Source: an uncultured virus (IMG/VR IMGVR_UViG_3300017956_000004) (taxonomy: Duplodnaviria; Heunggongvirae; Uroviricota; Caudoviricetes). From it: a DNA stretch of 55,589 bases. The stretch lies in IMG/VR virus record IMGVR_UViG_3300017956_000004; one strand, written 5' to 3'. Under the pieces are notes generated by a model, which was given only the letters and a program-made list of their open reading frames with translations, did not search any database and was not told the origin of the DNA. Positions 30,801 to 38,324 of this stretch are shown in pieces. Positions within the stretch are counted from its first letter, which is position 1; each line of letters starts with the position of its first letter. The position numbers and the translations under genes are program-made.

Positions 30801-30956
30801 TTATCTCCGGCATTTGACACTGAGCCTTTTGCAGAGTATGCTGTTAAAGGTGCAATGCAGGGTGTGGAATATTACGAAGAAAATGCTAACAATTTAAGTA
30901 AATTAGAATTAATTAACGATTACGACTGGTTATATGACAGATTTTCCCATCAATAA
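27861..30956 (+). CDS. Large protein with about nine tandem GT-A-like modules
   Basis: Repeated 'W-x-[IVTL]-D' ... 'H-[VSA]-[WF]' ... 'GG[VIL][KR]L' units; the last unit resembles the 5055 protein ('GIFAAH', 'FWVVDGD', 'WRSAFRECVKL'). Confidence 0.65.
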   Translation: MFDVFYIGPNDRLTDHVPFARQISDPEDISTKTKMYWLIDADTLVTDPDVLNYRPEKHDERYTHVWKRGADSYGGVRLIPRTDSEGIKQVNHIVCRKNYEVLFQLTPGDYFESNPHASYVWCIDPEYQLGEHIDWAPGDHEPDFIHSFHLPGQLSHKYPDQEGGVKLYPREWSQAKLKYHGVLNAGKLYPVMFVSDPEQYSQRDVYDDDYVWLIDREYQIDPASLNYVPNPFEYNVIHSFRMPNQLPEKTWSFTHYEEDAELGGIRLVPRDWKAAYDVIQGGVLKHRHCPVRDARYDIFFTNKGFTDKTFGYFAERAKTEWFWVVDREYDFNGDLIYIPESHEADYIHAFKWGLPNKYPADITELWDRRAAGIYLVNKNYDITRQKLHTDINPVHYDVFYVSDMSDYQQYARLSSTDAFWMIDAEHIMDADFSWVPPLSEQRYINVFKVPGQLLEKYPAGVTDPADPACGGAKLVPVDYSTVAQDIKYQGNLAAQRYANWDTFSSLEEGAANTETDWFWVVDPHVDVLPDFNFNFVPAEHDAGKLHVWQKLNPVTNRQYDYGGVILSPRTPPKRGRPKYIMEPASVQQPYPVLELSGDTDIITQLENFDAQCESQMYWVTDPHVRISADFNFDYYPSQWDEHNVHVFLQGSLNGVHRGVRLYPKHTFETGHSYTSEDIQNNKFEQLKLINTVATESDVWPFVELTEMTRDTVLSAITEARDAGAPYVWTLDTDVVLLSDVVNTSYQPEVQNINKVHLWQRMAPGGADVHSYGGLRLWPTNIDPDTVTTEAILTNKLKQLQYVREPGCTYESYDLAFITYLDDDAEAKYQKICEKFPDAKWIQDVPGIFAAHQEAARQCNSKMFWVVDGDAEIADNFSFDYIPDQYDHDVVHVWKSMNPITGDVYGYGGVKLFNREQVLEADTWGLDFTTGLSSRFKVVDDVSCITRFNTSEYATWRSAFRECVKLCRNDDPESDARLDNWLSPAFDTEPFAEYAVKGAMQGVEYYEENANNLSKLELINDYDWLYDRFSHQ

Positions 30957-31611
30957 TATTGAATTAGACACCTGGGAACAGGTTCGCCAGTGGAGTGATC
31001 GCTATGGCACCTTGCCGGCGAGCTTTGTGGAGCAGGTTAATTCAGGTATGTTTCCCAAGGATGCTTTCAGTTTAGGACAATTAGCAAGTAAATTCTGGTT
31101 ATTAACCTGGTTAAACATAGAGCAACCACCACAGCATAAAACCTGGGCTCTGCTGGGTTGTTGGATAGGCAGTCTAGTACCCCTATTACATCGTGATCAT
31201 GCGATAGAACGCATCTACGGGCTTGATCAGGACCCTGTCGCAGTAAGCAAAGCAGAAGTGTTTAACAGGAGATACCTGGAAAACTGGCGCTTTAAGGGTG
31301 TTGTTCAGGATATCAGTTATCTGGATACCAGTTACATGCAGTTCGAAACAGGTGGTGAACTGATACAAGTCAAGCCTGATGTGGTGGTTAACACCAGTTG
31401 TGAACACATGGGTACAGATTGGTTTGAAACTGCTGATTCAGATCAGTTAATTGTTATGCAAACCAACAACTCACCAGACTTTGATGGCCACATTAACATC
31501 TGTGAGTCAGAATCACACATGCAAGATAAATATCCATTAAGAGAAACCCTAATGATTGGCAGCATGCGAACACCAGTATACACTCGCTACATGCAAATCG
31601 GTTACAAATAA
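30934..31611 (+). CDS. Class I SAM-dependent methyltransferase-like protein
   Basis: 'LLGCWIG' motif I variant, acidic 'GLDQD', 'VVVNTSCEHM'. Confidence 0.6.
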   Translation: MTDFPINNIELDTWEQVRQWSDRYGTLPASFVEQVNSGMFPKDAFSLGQLASKFWLLTWLNIEQPPQHKTWALLGCWIGSLVPLLHRDHAIERIYGLDQDPVAVSKAEVFNRRYLENWRFKGVVQDISYLDTSYMQFETGGELIQVKPDVVVNTSCEHMGTDWFETADSDQLIVMQTNNSPDFDGHINICESESHMQDKYPLRETLMIGSMRTPVYTRYMQIGYK

Positions 31612-31746
31612 ATGAAAAAACAAATAGAACTTTGTCCAGATTGCGGTTTACATTCAGGTAAACACACTCTGAACTGTCCACAATTACGTAAAATATTCGG
31701 TATTAAATCCCAGCCTAAGAAGAAAAGAAGAAATAAAAAGAAATAA
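31612..31746 (+). CDS. 44-aa basic micro-protein with a CxxC-x6-HxxxCP motif; not in the ORF track
   Basis: MKKQIELCPDCGLHSGKHTLNCPQLRKIFGIKSQPKKKRRNKKK*; ATG directly follows the upstream stop. Confidence 0.5.
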   Translation: MKKQIELCPDCGLHSGKHTLNCPQLRKIFGIKSQPKKKRRNKKK

Positions 31747-31754
31747 ATATTGGT

Positions 31755-32387
31755 ATGCAATTAATTAATACCGGTAATTCTTTTAATACTCTGGGTACTT
31801 GGGGTGTGGCACTGGAAAATCAGGTTTGTCCCCCATTAAGTAAACTGAATAAGTTTGATCAATCAGGTTATGACCTGTGCGAACTGGAGCAGGAGTATGC
31901 ACAGGCTAACAATGCCACGGTAATGCCCATGAGATGGCGTCAGAGCCTCAGACAAGATTGGTTCGAGCCCACTGATACTGATAGAGGTGTACACATTAAT
32001 CATGCTGATCTGTACGAACGAAAGGGTTATCATGGCTATGCACTGGAACAATTAAATCACTGGGCAGATGGTATGCCCATGCTGTTTAAATTAAGCAGAT
32101 TAAAACCCAAGTGGGGCATAGATATCAGTCTGGATTATGTGGATAATGCAGGTAATTTATTTGAATTATTCCACTATGAGTGGGATGATCATAATTTATG
32201 GACTGTTCAGGAAGTTAAACAGCATATAGAACAGTTATTGACTGACACTGACTGGGAAGATTTTGCACAAACCAAAATAAAACATCGATCAGAATGGCAA
32301 CATTTAGACTTCGTAGGACAGTCAGCATGGACCACAAAGTATTTAAACTTGCCTGCTGAAAGATTTAAACTGGTACCCTGGCGTTAG
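31755..32387 (+). CDS. Phage hypothetical protein
   Basis: 210 aa; late box AATAAATA at 31742-31749. Confidence 0.6.
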   Translation: MQLINTGNSFNTLGTWGVALENQVCPPLSKLNKFDQSGYDLCELEQEYAQANNATVMPMRWRQSLRQDWFEPTDTDRGVHINHADLYERKGYHGYALEQLNHWADGMPMLFKLSRLKPKWGIDISLDYVDNAGNLFELFHYEWDDHNLWTVQEVKQHIEQLLTDTDWEDFAQTKIKHRSEWQHLDFVGQSAWTTKYLNLPAERFKLVPWR

Positions 32388-32725
32388 TCTTCTGGTTCAA
32401 AGTAATTATCCAGTAGACTTTTAGTCTGAGCATCTACAAATAACTTTGTTTTAACCAAATCCACCAATATTTCCACACTGGTAACGGGTGCACCAATGCC
32501 AATATTTTTAAGATGTTTTTCTATTTTAGCGTATTCTAGACCTTCTGTCAGATATGTGTGGTCTATTTTGTAGCGACTGCCGTCCTGGGTTTCCACTATG
32601 ATACCTTCTACCATGTCAAGTGGAACGGTAGAAGGCGAAATAGTGCTGATTAATTGTTGAGCGTCAGCTGCTATTTTGCCTTTACCTTTGCCTATTATAA
32701 TTACCTTGGGATTAGAGTTTCCCAC
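32384..32725 (-). CDS. Hypothetical protein
   Basis: GTG start with AGGAG SD; GATAAATA box on - at 32756-32763. Confidence 0.55.
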   Translation of the reverse strand: MGNSNPKVIIIGKGKGKIAADAQQLISTISPSTVPLDMVEGIIVETQDGSRYKIDHTYLTEGLEYAKIEKHLKNIGIGAPVTSVEILVDLVKTKLFVDAQTKSLLDNYFEPED

Positions 32726-32764
32726 AAACGTACTCCTTTTGGTTGTCCCAAGTATTATTTATCT

Positions 32765-33361
32765 TTAACTTGCGGACTTTGGAGGACGTCCAGGACCTCT
32801 TTTAGGACGTAGATCAGGAGAGATTGTGTACGCCTGTTCTAACTTGGCATCTGCTTCTGCCATTAGACGCTCTGCATCTTCCCGCATTAGATTGGCCTGT
32901 AGTATTAATCCTTCTGCTTCGCCCTGTGCCTGTTCAGCAATAACTGAAGCGGCTTGTGGTTGTTCAGGTGCATTTACAGGTTCAGCAGCTGTGTTAGGGT
33001 TGCCTGCAAATTCTATTCTACGAAGCTCAGCATTAACATCACTCAATGGCACACTCTGTCCTGGTGCTGGTGTAAGGCTAACCTGTCCAACTGGAACCTT
33101 GGTTAACTTTTTGCTGAAATGTAATCCGTTTAACATGTTAGAACCGTCAGTAAATTGTCTGCGGTTTAATACTTCTGAAATGTTATTAGCCTCTTGTGCT
33201 TCTGCACTGGTAACAACATTCATTAAATCATCATGTTGAACGTCTGAAAGAGAACCTGTTAATACAATTAATGCATTATCTGGTTCTTGTGGCAACTCTC
33301 TGAATACCACCACGCATGGCTTTCCGCCATATGTTCCTGTGTGTTTTGTGATCTGTACCAT
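32765..33361 (-). CDS. Phage hypothetical protein
   Basis: 198 aa ending in an AT-hook-like 'KRGPGRPPK'. Confidence 0.6.
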   Translation of the reverse strand: MVQITKHTGTYGGKPCVVVFRELPQEPDNALIVLTGSLSDVQHDDLMNVVTSAEAQEANNISEVLNRRQFTDGSNMLNGLHFSKKLTKVPVGQVSLTPAPGQSVPLSDVNAELRRIEFAGNPNTAAEPVNAPEQPQAASVIAEQAQGEAEGLILQANLMREDAERLMAEADAKLEQAYTISPDLRPKRGPGRPPKSAS

Positions 33362-33367
33362 GGTGGA

Positions 33368-33658
33368 TTACTCCTCTGATGCTTCCTCTTCACCCGCTTC
33401 GCCATCAGCCGCCGCCTGAGCTGCTTGCTGTTCGCCCACGTATGATAGGAATGAACTTAGTTTATCAAAAATAGTGCCTACCTGAGATAATTCGTTACCC
33501 TGGAAAGCACCACGCTTGCTAGCCAAATCCACAATGTTTAGTAATACTTGTAGGTCTGCTAGACTGATTGATTCGGGTACTGCACCGCCTTCTGCTGGTG
33601 TTTCTGGAGCAGCATTAGTTACTGCTTCTTCTTGTACCTGTTCTGCTTGTTTAGCCAT
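33368..33658 (-). CDS. Acidic phage hypothetical protein
   Basis: Strong SD AAGGAG; 'IVDLASKRGAF...L'. Confidence 0.6.
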   Translation of the reverse strand: MAKQAEQVQEEAVTNAAPETPAEGGAVPESISLADLQVLLNIVDLASKRGAFQGNELSQVGTIFDKLSSFLSYVGEQQAAQAAADGEAGEEEASEE

Positions 33659-33699
33659 TATTATAACTCCTTAAGGTTTATACATCTATTTACAATGTT

Positions 33700-33981
33700 T
33701 TATAAACCCTGAGTGATAATTCTGGTCAGCTCATTCTCCAGTCTGTTACGGTCAATAGGATTAGCATAATAAATGGTAACCACTAAATCGTTACAGTTAA
33801 TATAATATGTACTGGTAGCATACTGCCCTGCAATCTCATACAAACGATCCAGTTGTTTGATATCGCGGCATTCTACTACCATTTTATTGCGTAGCATTTC
33901 TTCCATAACACCAGTGCCAGCCAATAACTGAAACTCTTTCTCTGTGATATTATAACGATCAGTACTTATTACAAAACTCAT
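33700..33981 (-). CDS. Hypothetical protein
   Basis: 93-aa ORF in the co-directional run. Confidence 0.5.
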   Translation of the reverse strand: MSFVISTDRYNITEKEFQLLAGTGVMEEMLRNKMVVECRDIKQLDRLYEIAGQYATSTYYINCNDLVVTIYYANPIDRNRLENELTRIITQGL

Positions 33982-33989
33982 ATCTTTCC

Positions 33990-34268
33990 TTAACTAAAAT
34001 AAAAATATGCATTCACTGCATCTTCTTTATTGCGAAAATATATAATAGTGCTGTCCATTACTATATCTTCGCGATGTTGATAATCTGTATCTAATTGCAG
34101 ATCACCCAAAACCTTTTTAAGCCTGCGCCAACGTCTACGCCTACCCCAATCTCTGGCTTCTGTTTTCCACCAGACGGTCACACTTGCGGCCCAGGGGTCT
34201 GGGCCGTTGTGTAAATCGGCTTTGCGTATACCTGAATCAATTTCTTTCATAAGGCACAGTGATACCAA
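33990..34268 (-). CDS. Hypothetical protein (real start may be the internal MKEID)
   Basis: ORF overlapping the end of the vWA gene. Confidence 0.45.
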   Translation of the reverse strand: MVSLCLMKEIDSGIRKADLHNGPDPWAASVTVWWKTEARDWGRRRRWRRLKKVLGDLQLDTDYQHREDIVMDSTIIYFRNKEDAVNAYFYFS

Positions 34269-35556
34269 ATGGTGCTACCGGAGGCTCTCCATAGCCACCG
34301 CCGTGTACAATAAACAGGGTATCACAATATGTTTCGTCACCCCATGAATTCCAGGGATAACCGTCAGTAAACATGATGAACTTCTTGGGCTGTATACCCT
34401 GCTCTTTCATGTAGTCCCAACATACCTCAAACTCGGTGCCGCCACCGCCCATGAGTTCATAATCCATAAATTCTTCCATGTTATGCTCTGTGAACTCCTG
34501 TGGGTTATGTACACTGGTATCAAAGCAGAACAAGTGAATTTTGTAATCAGTATACTGATCCATGATGCCTTTGATCTCGCTCAGGAAGTCACGTGCCATT
34601 TCGTCCTGAATAGAACCTGACATATCAAGTGCCACACCAATATCAATGGTCTCTTCATAGTCCATGCCAGGCAAGTAATAACCTGCATCCATGCCTTTAC
34701 GGCTGGGCTTCATCATACTGTAATCGCTTTTAATAACACTCTGGATTTGCATAGCCAACAGCTCACGCCAGTCCAGTTGAGGGTTAAGCAGACTGTCTAA
34801 CAGACGCTTTACACCGCTTGGCAAATTACCAGCACCAGCAGCCTTAGCAGCCTGGATAGTGGCATTCTGCATCTCCTGTTTGATTTGTTCTTTTTCTTCG
34901 TCAGTATACTGAATAGGACCGTTAGTACCGTCGTTATCACCTTCACCAGCAGGATCCTTTGGATCACCTTCGCCATTGCCGCCCTGCTCACCATCCAGGT
35001 GCATGTCCAGGGTAGGTACTTTAATAACACGGCCTTCTTCTTCGGCTTCTTTAAATAACTGATCGTATACTTCTAACCAGGTGTAACCACGCCACTTCCA
35101 ATCAAAACAGATCTCAACCAGTTCAATCTTTTTACCAATGCCTGCTTCAACCAAGTCCAGGTTAATAACATAGTCCTGACTGATGTTAGCCAAACGTCTG
35201 TCGCGATTGCCCAACATTGTTTTGTCCATGTGATCATAGACACAGTGTAGAACTTCGTGTCCAATACCAAAGTCCAGTTCGGATACGCCGGGCGAATCGC
35301 CTTCTCGAGCGGCCAGTGCATCCACAAAGTGACGATTGTAATAGAAGTTTCTGCCGTCAGTGGCAAGGGTAGGACACCACTTGGTGGCATCAATAAACTT
35401 TAATCGTGTAGCCAGGTTACCAAAGAATGGAGCCTTAATCAGCATGCTGACTCTGCTCTTGATCAGTAAATCTTCGATCTCTGCAGAACTCTTGTTAGTT
35501 TCGCCCCAGGTTTTCTGTACAACTTCTGTAGCAGAATCTTTAATATCTTTACTCAT
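34237..35556 (-). CDS. DUF2201-type metallopeptidase + vWA domain protein (MoxR partner)
   Basis: 'TLATDG', HExxH 'HEVLH', MIDAS 'DMSGS', 'GGGGT', 'FTDG'. Confidence 0.85.
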   Translation of the reverse strand: MSKDIKDSATEVVQKTWGETNKSSAEIEDLLIKSRVSMLIKAPFFGNLATRLKFIDATKWCPTLATDGRNFYYNRHFVDALAAREGDSPGVSELDFGIGHEVLHCVYDHMDKTMLGNRDRRLANISQDYVINLDLVEAGIGKKIELVEICFDWKWRGYTWLEVYDQLFKEAEEEGRVIKVPTLDMHLDGEQGGNGEGDPKDPAGEGDNDGTNGPIQYTDEEKEQIKQEMQNATIQAAKAAGAGNLPSGVKRLLDSLLNPQLDWRELLAMQIQSVIKSDYSMMKPSRKGMDAGYYLPGMDYEETIDIGVALDMSGSIQDEMARDFLSEIKGIMDQYTDYKIHLFCFDTSVHNPQEFTEHNMEEFMDYELMGGGGTEFEVCWDYMKEQGIQPKKFIMFTDGYPWNSWGDETYCDTLFIVHGGGYGEPPVAPFGITVPYERN

Positions 35557-35591
35557 TTCCTACCAGTCTCCTAACTAAAAACTATAAATAT

Positions 35592-35619
35592 ATTATAGCA
35601 GAAATGCACAGAATGTCAA
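35592..35619 (-). promoter_or_regulatory. sigma70-type early promoter of the vWA gene
   Basis: TTGACA-16 nt-TATAAT with an extended TGn -10. Confidence 0.75.
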
Positions 35620-35649
35620 GCCTGAAAAGCCCTTGGAAAACAACAACTT

Positions 35650-36411
35650 ATGCCCAAAAACTATTTAGTCCTCAAGAATTACACTATTCAGAAGCAGTTT
35701 TTCATATACACCGACACAGAACGAGTAACCAGATATTATGCAGAACTGGAACGATTGCTGGTGGAATCTGCACATGAATATCTGCTGGGCGATTGGGAGT
35801 TGATTGTTCATCGTGAAACAGTGGAAAATGATCAGCAGTTATTCAAAGATCATATGATAAAGATCAAAGAGCTCTGGCATTCAGAACCCTGTAATATATT
35901 CTATATGGATCTGGATACTGTTTTTATCAAGCCCACTAACGTATTTGATGACCCGCGACTAACAGATTTCACCATGGTAAACTGTAACTGTGGTGTGAGA
36001 TACTATCCTCATACCATGGATCCTGAACTGTGGAAAATACAGGACCATGCACTAGCAGTGTGGAATACAGAACTGTCCCAAATGCACGAAGAATATAAGT
36101 GGGACTTTGAACAGGATATATTTCAGACCATGCTGGAAAAAGTAAAATCTGACCCAGGGTCCAATAATCCCATGCATGAATTAGTGTGGAACTGTTTTAA
36201 CATGTATGAGGGTCAGGGTATACTGCATCTTAACGGCACTGGCCAACAATTCGATACAATTAAGCTCACTAATACTTTACTCAAATATTCCAGACGTAAT
36301 GGCTACCATGCAATAAATCAAATACTGAACGATCCCAGACACAGTACCAGACAGGCTGAAATTGATTGGCATTGTGGTATCAACGAAATCGAACTGCCTG
36401 ACGAAAGATAA
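35650..36411 (+). CDS. Nucleotide-diphospho-sugar transferase-like (GT-A) protein
   Basis: 'NIFYMDLDT' DxD, 'NCGVRY', 'EQD', 'ILHLNG'. Confidence 0.5.
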   Translation: MPKNYLVLKNYTIQKQFFIYTDTERVTRYYAELERLLVESAHEYLLGDWELIVHRETVENDQQLFKDHMIKIKELWHSEPCNIFYMDLDTVFIKPTNVFDDPRLTDFTMVNCNCGVRYYPHTMDPELWKIQDHALAVWNTELSQMHEEYKWDFEQDIFQTMLEKVKSDPGSNNPMHELVWNCFNMYEGQGILHLNGTGQQFDTIKLTNTLLKYSRRNGYHAINQILNDPRHSTRQAEIDWHCGINEIELPDER

Positions 36412-36556
36412 AAAAACCAACTATCCTTTCAACTCTTTCCTGGGGTATTCTGACGCCGTGAGAGGGATAGTTGGCTAAAAAGGGTGCCCCCGTTTCCGGG
36501 GGCGTTTGACTCTGAGGTAGGTAGGAGGAGTAGTGTAGGTACTCAGAGTCAAAAAC
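36410..36556 (-). ncRNA. Candidate structured RNA in the moxR 3' region: three hairpins ending in a U-tract terminator
   Basis: Hairpin 1 has a 12-bp perfect stem (36505-36516/36542-36553) and a 25-nt C/U-rich loop. Hairpin 2 is GCCCCCG-GAAA-CGGGGGC (36486-36503). Hairpin 3 has a 10-bp stem (36417-36426/36465-36474) followed by T7 on the - strand. Confidence 0.55.
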
Positions 36557-36558
36557 TG

Positions 36559-37659
36559 TTATACTAGGTACTTTGTATATCTATCTGCAAACACCTTGTA
36601 TACATCTTTATCAAGGTCAGTACGGATATTGAACTTGATCTTGTAGTCTGTCATAATGGTCTTGAACAGTAGGATAACCATCTCGGGCTCAAAGTTTTCA
36701 TAAGCGAACCTAACAGTATTGTTAAAGTACTCTTTGAAGTTACCTTTGGTACCATTCTCCTTGTACAGCTCGTTCACTTCATAAGTGAGACCAACAACCA
36801 GGCTGTACTTTGCTGAGATTTCTGTAGACATCTTTTCAGACAGTTTCTTAACTGTGCCGTTCAGAATGTCTTCAGGGTTAGGCAAGTCTTTAGCAACACG
36901 TCGGTGCTCCATAAACTTAGCCGCCATACCCTCACCAATTGCACCAGCAATTTCCGCCTTTTGCTCAGCGATGTCTGCCTCGTCAAAGCCAGGAGTGTAA
37001 AGCATACTGCTAACACCGTCTACCCAAGAACGTGGCGTAGCGAACGCCTGTGAGCTTGTCTTGGGGTCGAAATCAAACAAGTCGCCTTTGGCATACGAAA
37101 GATAACCAATCACGTCAGGGTGTACTTCGTTGTTCAGTGCCCAACTTTTCCAGTCCTCAAAATCGTGCGTCATGTTCGCATGACGGAAACGGTTAGCCAA
37201 CGGTGCTGGCATACGGTATGTAACACCACGGTCAGTCTCACGGTTACCAGCCGCAATGATCACAACATTGTCTGGCAAATGATATTGACCAACACGTCGG
37301 TTAAGTACCAACTGATAAGCTGCAGCCTGTACACTAGGAGGTGCACTGTTGAGCTCGTCCAAGAACAATACAATGGTGTCGTACTCAGCCGCAAGTTCTG
37401 CACTAGGCAAATCTGCAGGAGGAGCCCACTCCATCTGATTTGTTTCTGGGTTACGGAAAGGATAGCCACGCAAGTCAGTGGGCTCAAGCAGAGCCAAACG
37501 CATGTCTATCATGATTGAGTTACCGAGGTTTTCGGTAATCTGACGCACGATATCGGACTTACCAATACCAGGCGCACCCCATAGGAATATGGGTTTTTTC
37601 GCAAAAATACTACGTGAAAGAATATTTACTGCGTTACTGGGTTTTACCTGAAGGTCCAT
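36559..37659 (-). CDS. MoxR-like AAA+ ATPase
   Basis: Walker A 'GAPGIGKS', Walker B 'LFLDE', 'AAGN', 'PLANRF', 'TPRSW'. Confidence 0.9.
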   Translation of the reverse strand: MDLQVKPSNAVNILSRSIFAKKPIFLWGAPGIGKSDIVRQITENLGNSIMIDMRLALLEPTDLRGYPFRNPETNQMEWAPPADLPSAELAAEYDTIVLFLDELNSAPPSVQAAAYQLVLNRRVGQYHLPDNVVIIAAGNRETDRGVTYRMPAPLANRFRHANMTHDFEDWKSWALNNEVHPDVIGYLSYAKGDLFDFDPKTSSQAFATPRSWVDGVSSMLYTPGFDEADIAEQKAEIAGAIGEGMAAKFMEHRRVAKDLPNPEDILNGTVKKLSEKMSTEISAKYSLVVGLTYEVNELYKENGTKGNFKEYFNNTVRFAYENFEPEMVILLFKTIMTDYKIKFNIRTDLDKDVYKVFADRYTKYLV

Positions 37660-37690
37660 AATCTACTCCTTTTCTTTAACCTACCATATA

Positions 37691-37718
37691 ATGATAACAG
37701 ATTTTACGATATTGTCAA
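37691..37718 (-). promoter_or_regulatory. sigma70-type early promoter of moxR
   Basis: TTGACA-16-TATCAT with a TGn extension. Confidence 0.7.
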
Positions 37719-37726
37719 GCCTGAAA

Positions 37727-38143
37727 TCAATATTTTTTATGAAAATTTTCCAACAATTTCATTTCCAATTTGCGAGCTTCCTTTTCCCAGGGCTGATCCC
37801 AGTACTCCATATTCTCACAATACTTGTTACTCTTCCAACGAGTAAGACTTGCATCCAGCTCGTCCAGAGCAAATTGCTTGACGTGCACCATTTCATGGGC
37901 CAAATTTGCTAGCCAGTTACTGAAAAGACACAGATCAATTACAAAATGTCGCTTGTTCAAACACTCCACTTCAGCAAAAGTGCCGCCGTGAATAGTGGAT
38001 TTGTTATGTATTTGAACTTCTATAGTGGTACGCAATCTGCTGATACCCAGTTGCTGGGCAAAGTCTTTAACAGCAGAACGAGTAAACTGTACTAGCTCAG
38101 GATTGAGCTGCCCGCCGTGTGGGCCAGTTACTGAAATTTGCAT
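37727..38143 (-). CDS. Zn metallopeptidase-like protein
   Basis: 'LAHEMVHVKQ' HExxH and 'YWDQPWEKEA'. Confidence 0.75.
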   Translation of the reverse strand: MQISVTGPHGGQLNPELVQFTRSAVKDFAQQLGISRLRTTIEVQIHNKSTIHGGTFAEVECLNKRHFVIDLCLFSNWLANLAHEMVHVKQFALDELDASLTRWKSNKYCENMEYWDQPWEKEARKLEMKLLENFHKKY

Positions 38144-38173
38144 GTATTTACCTCTGCTTTAACCTACATATAT

Positions 38174-38202
38174 ATAGTACGATATTTTGCTGATTCTGTC
38201 AA
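38174..38202 (-). promoter_or_regulatory. sigma70-type early promoter
   Basis: TTGACA-17-TACTAT. Confidence 0.7.
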
Positions 38203-38241
38203 GCATCTAAGTGCTTGATTTCATTGAACAAATAAAAAATT

Positions 38242-38315
38242 TGGCAGACGACCACGGATTCGAACCGCGACTAAAACTTTTGGAGAGTTCCGTGCTACCG
38301 TTACACCAGTCGCCT
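38242..38315 (-). tRNA. trnW: tRNA-Trp (CCA), with encoded 3' CCA
   Basis: Reverse complement: acceptor stem AGGCGAC/GTCGTCT, anticodon loop CT-CCA-AA, T-arm CGCGG-TTCGAAT-CCGTG, ending in G-CCA. Confidence 0.93.
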
Positions 38316-38324
38316 GTAATTACT

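Noticed and set aside
7130..31611. Bacterial capsule/LPS locus
   Set aside because: No flippase, polymerase or export genes; T4-type late boxes and flanking virion/replication genes indicate a phage.
35627..35650. TAAGTNNTTG(A/T)TTTC-like motif upstream of two early promoters (also at 38208-38222)
   Set aside because: Only two imperfect copies, in opposite orientations; too weak to call an operator.
36486..36503. Treating the intergenic region as only a simple bidirectional terminator
   Set aside because: Termination is likely part of its role, but it does not explain the 12-bp stem with a 25-nt anti-SD loop or three hairpins in series.
38242..38315. Suppressor tRNA or stop-codon recoding
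   Set aside because: The anticodon is CCA (Trp). TAA, TAG and TGA all end genes normally, and coding density is high under code 11.
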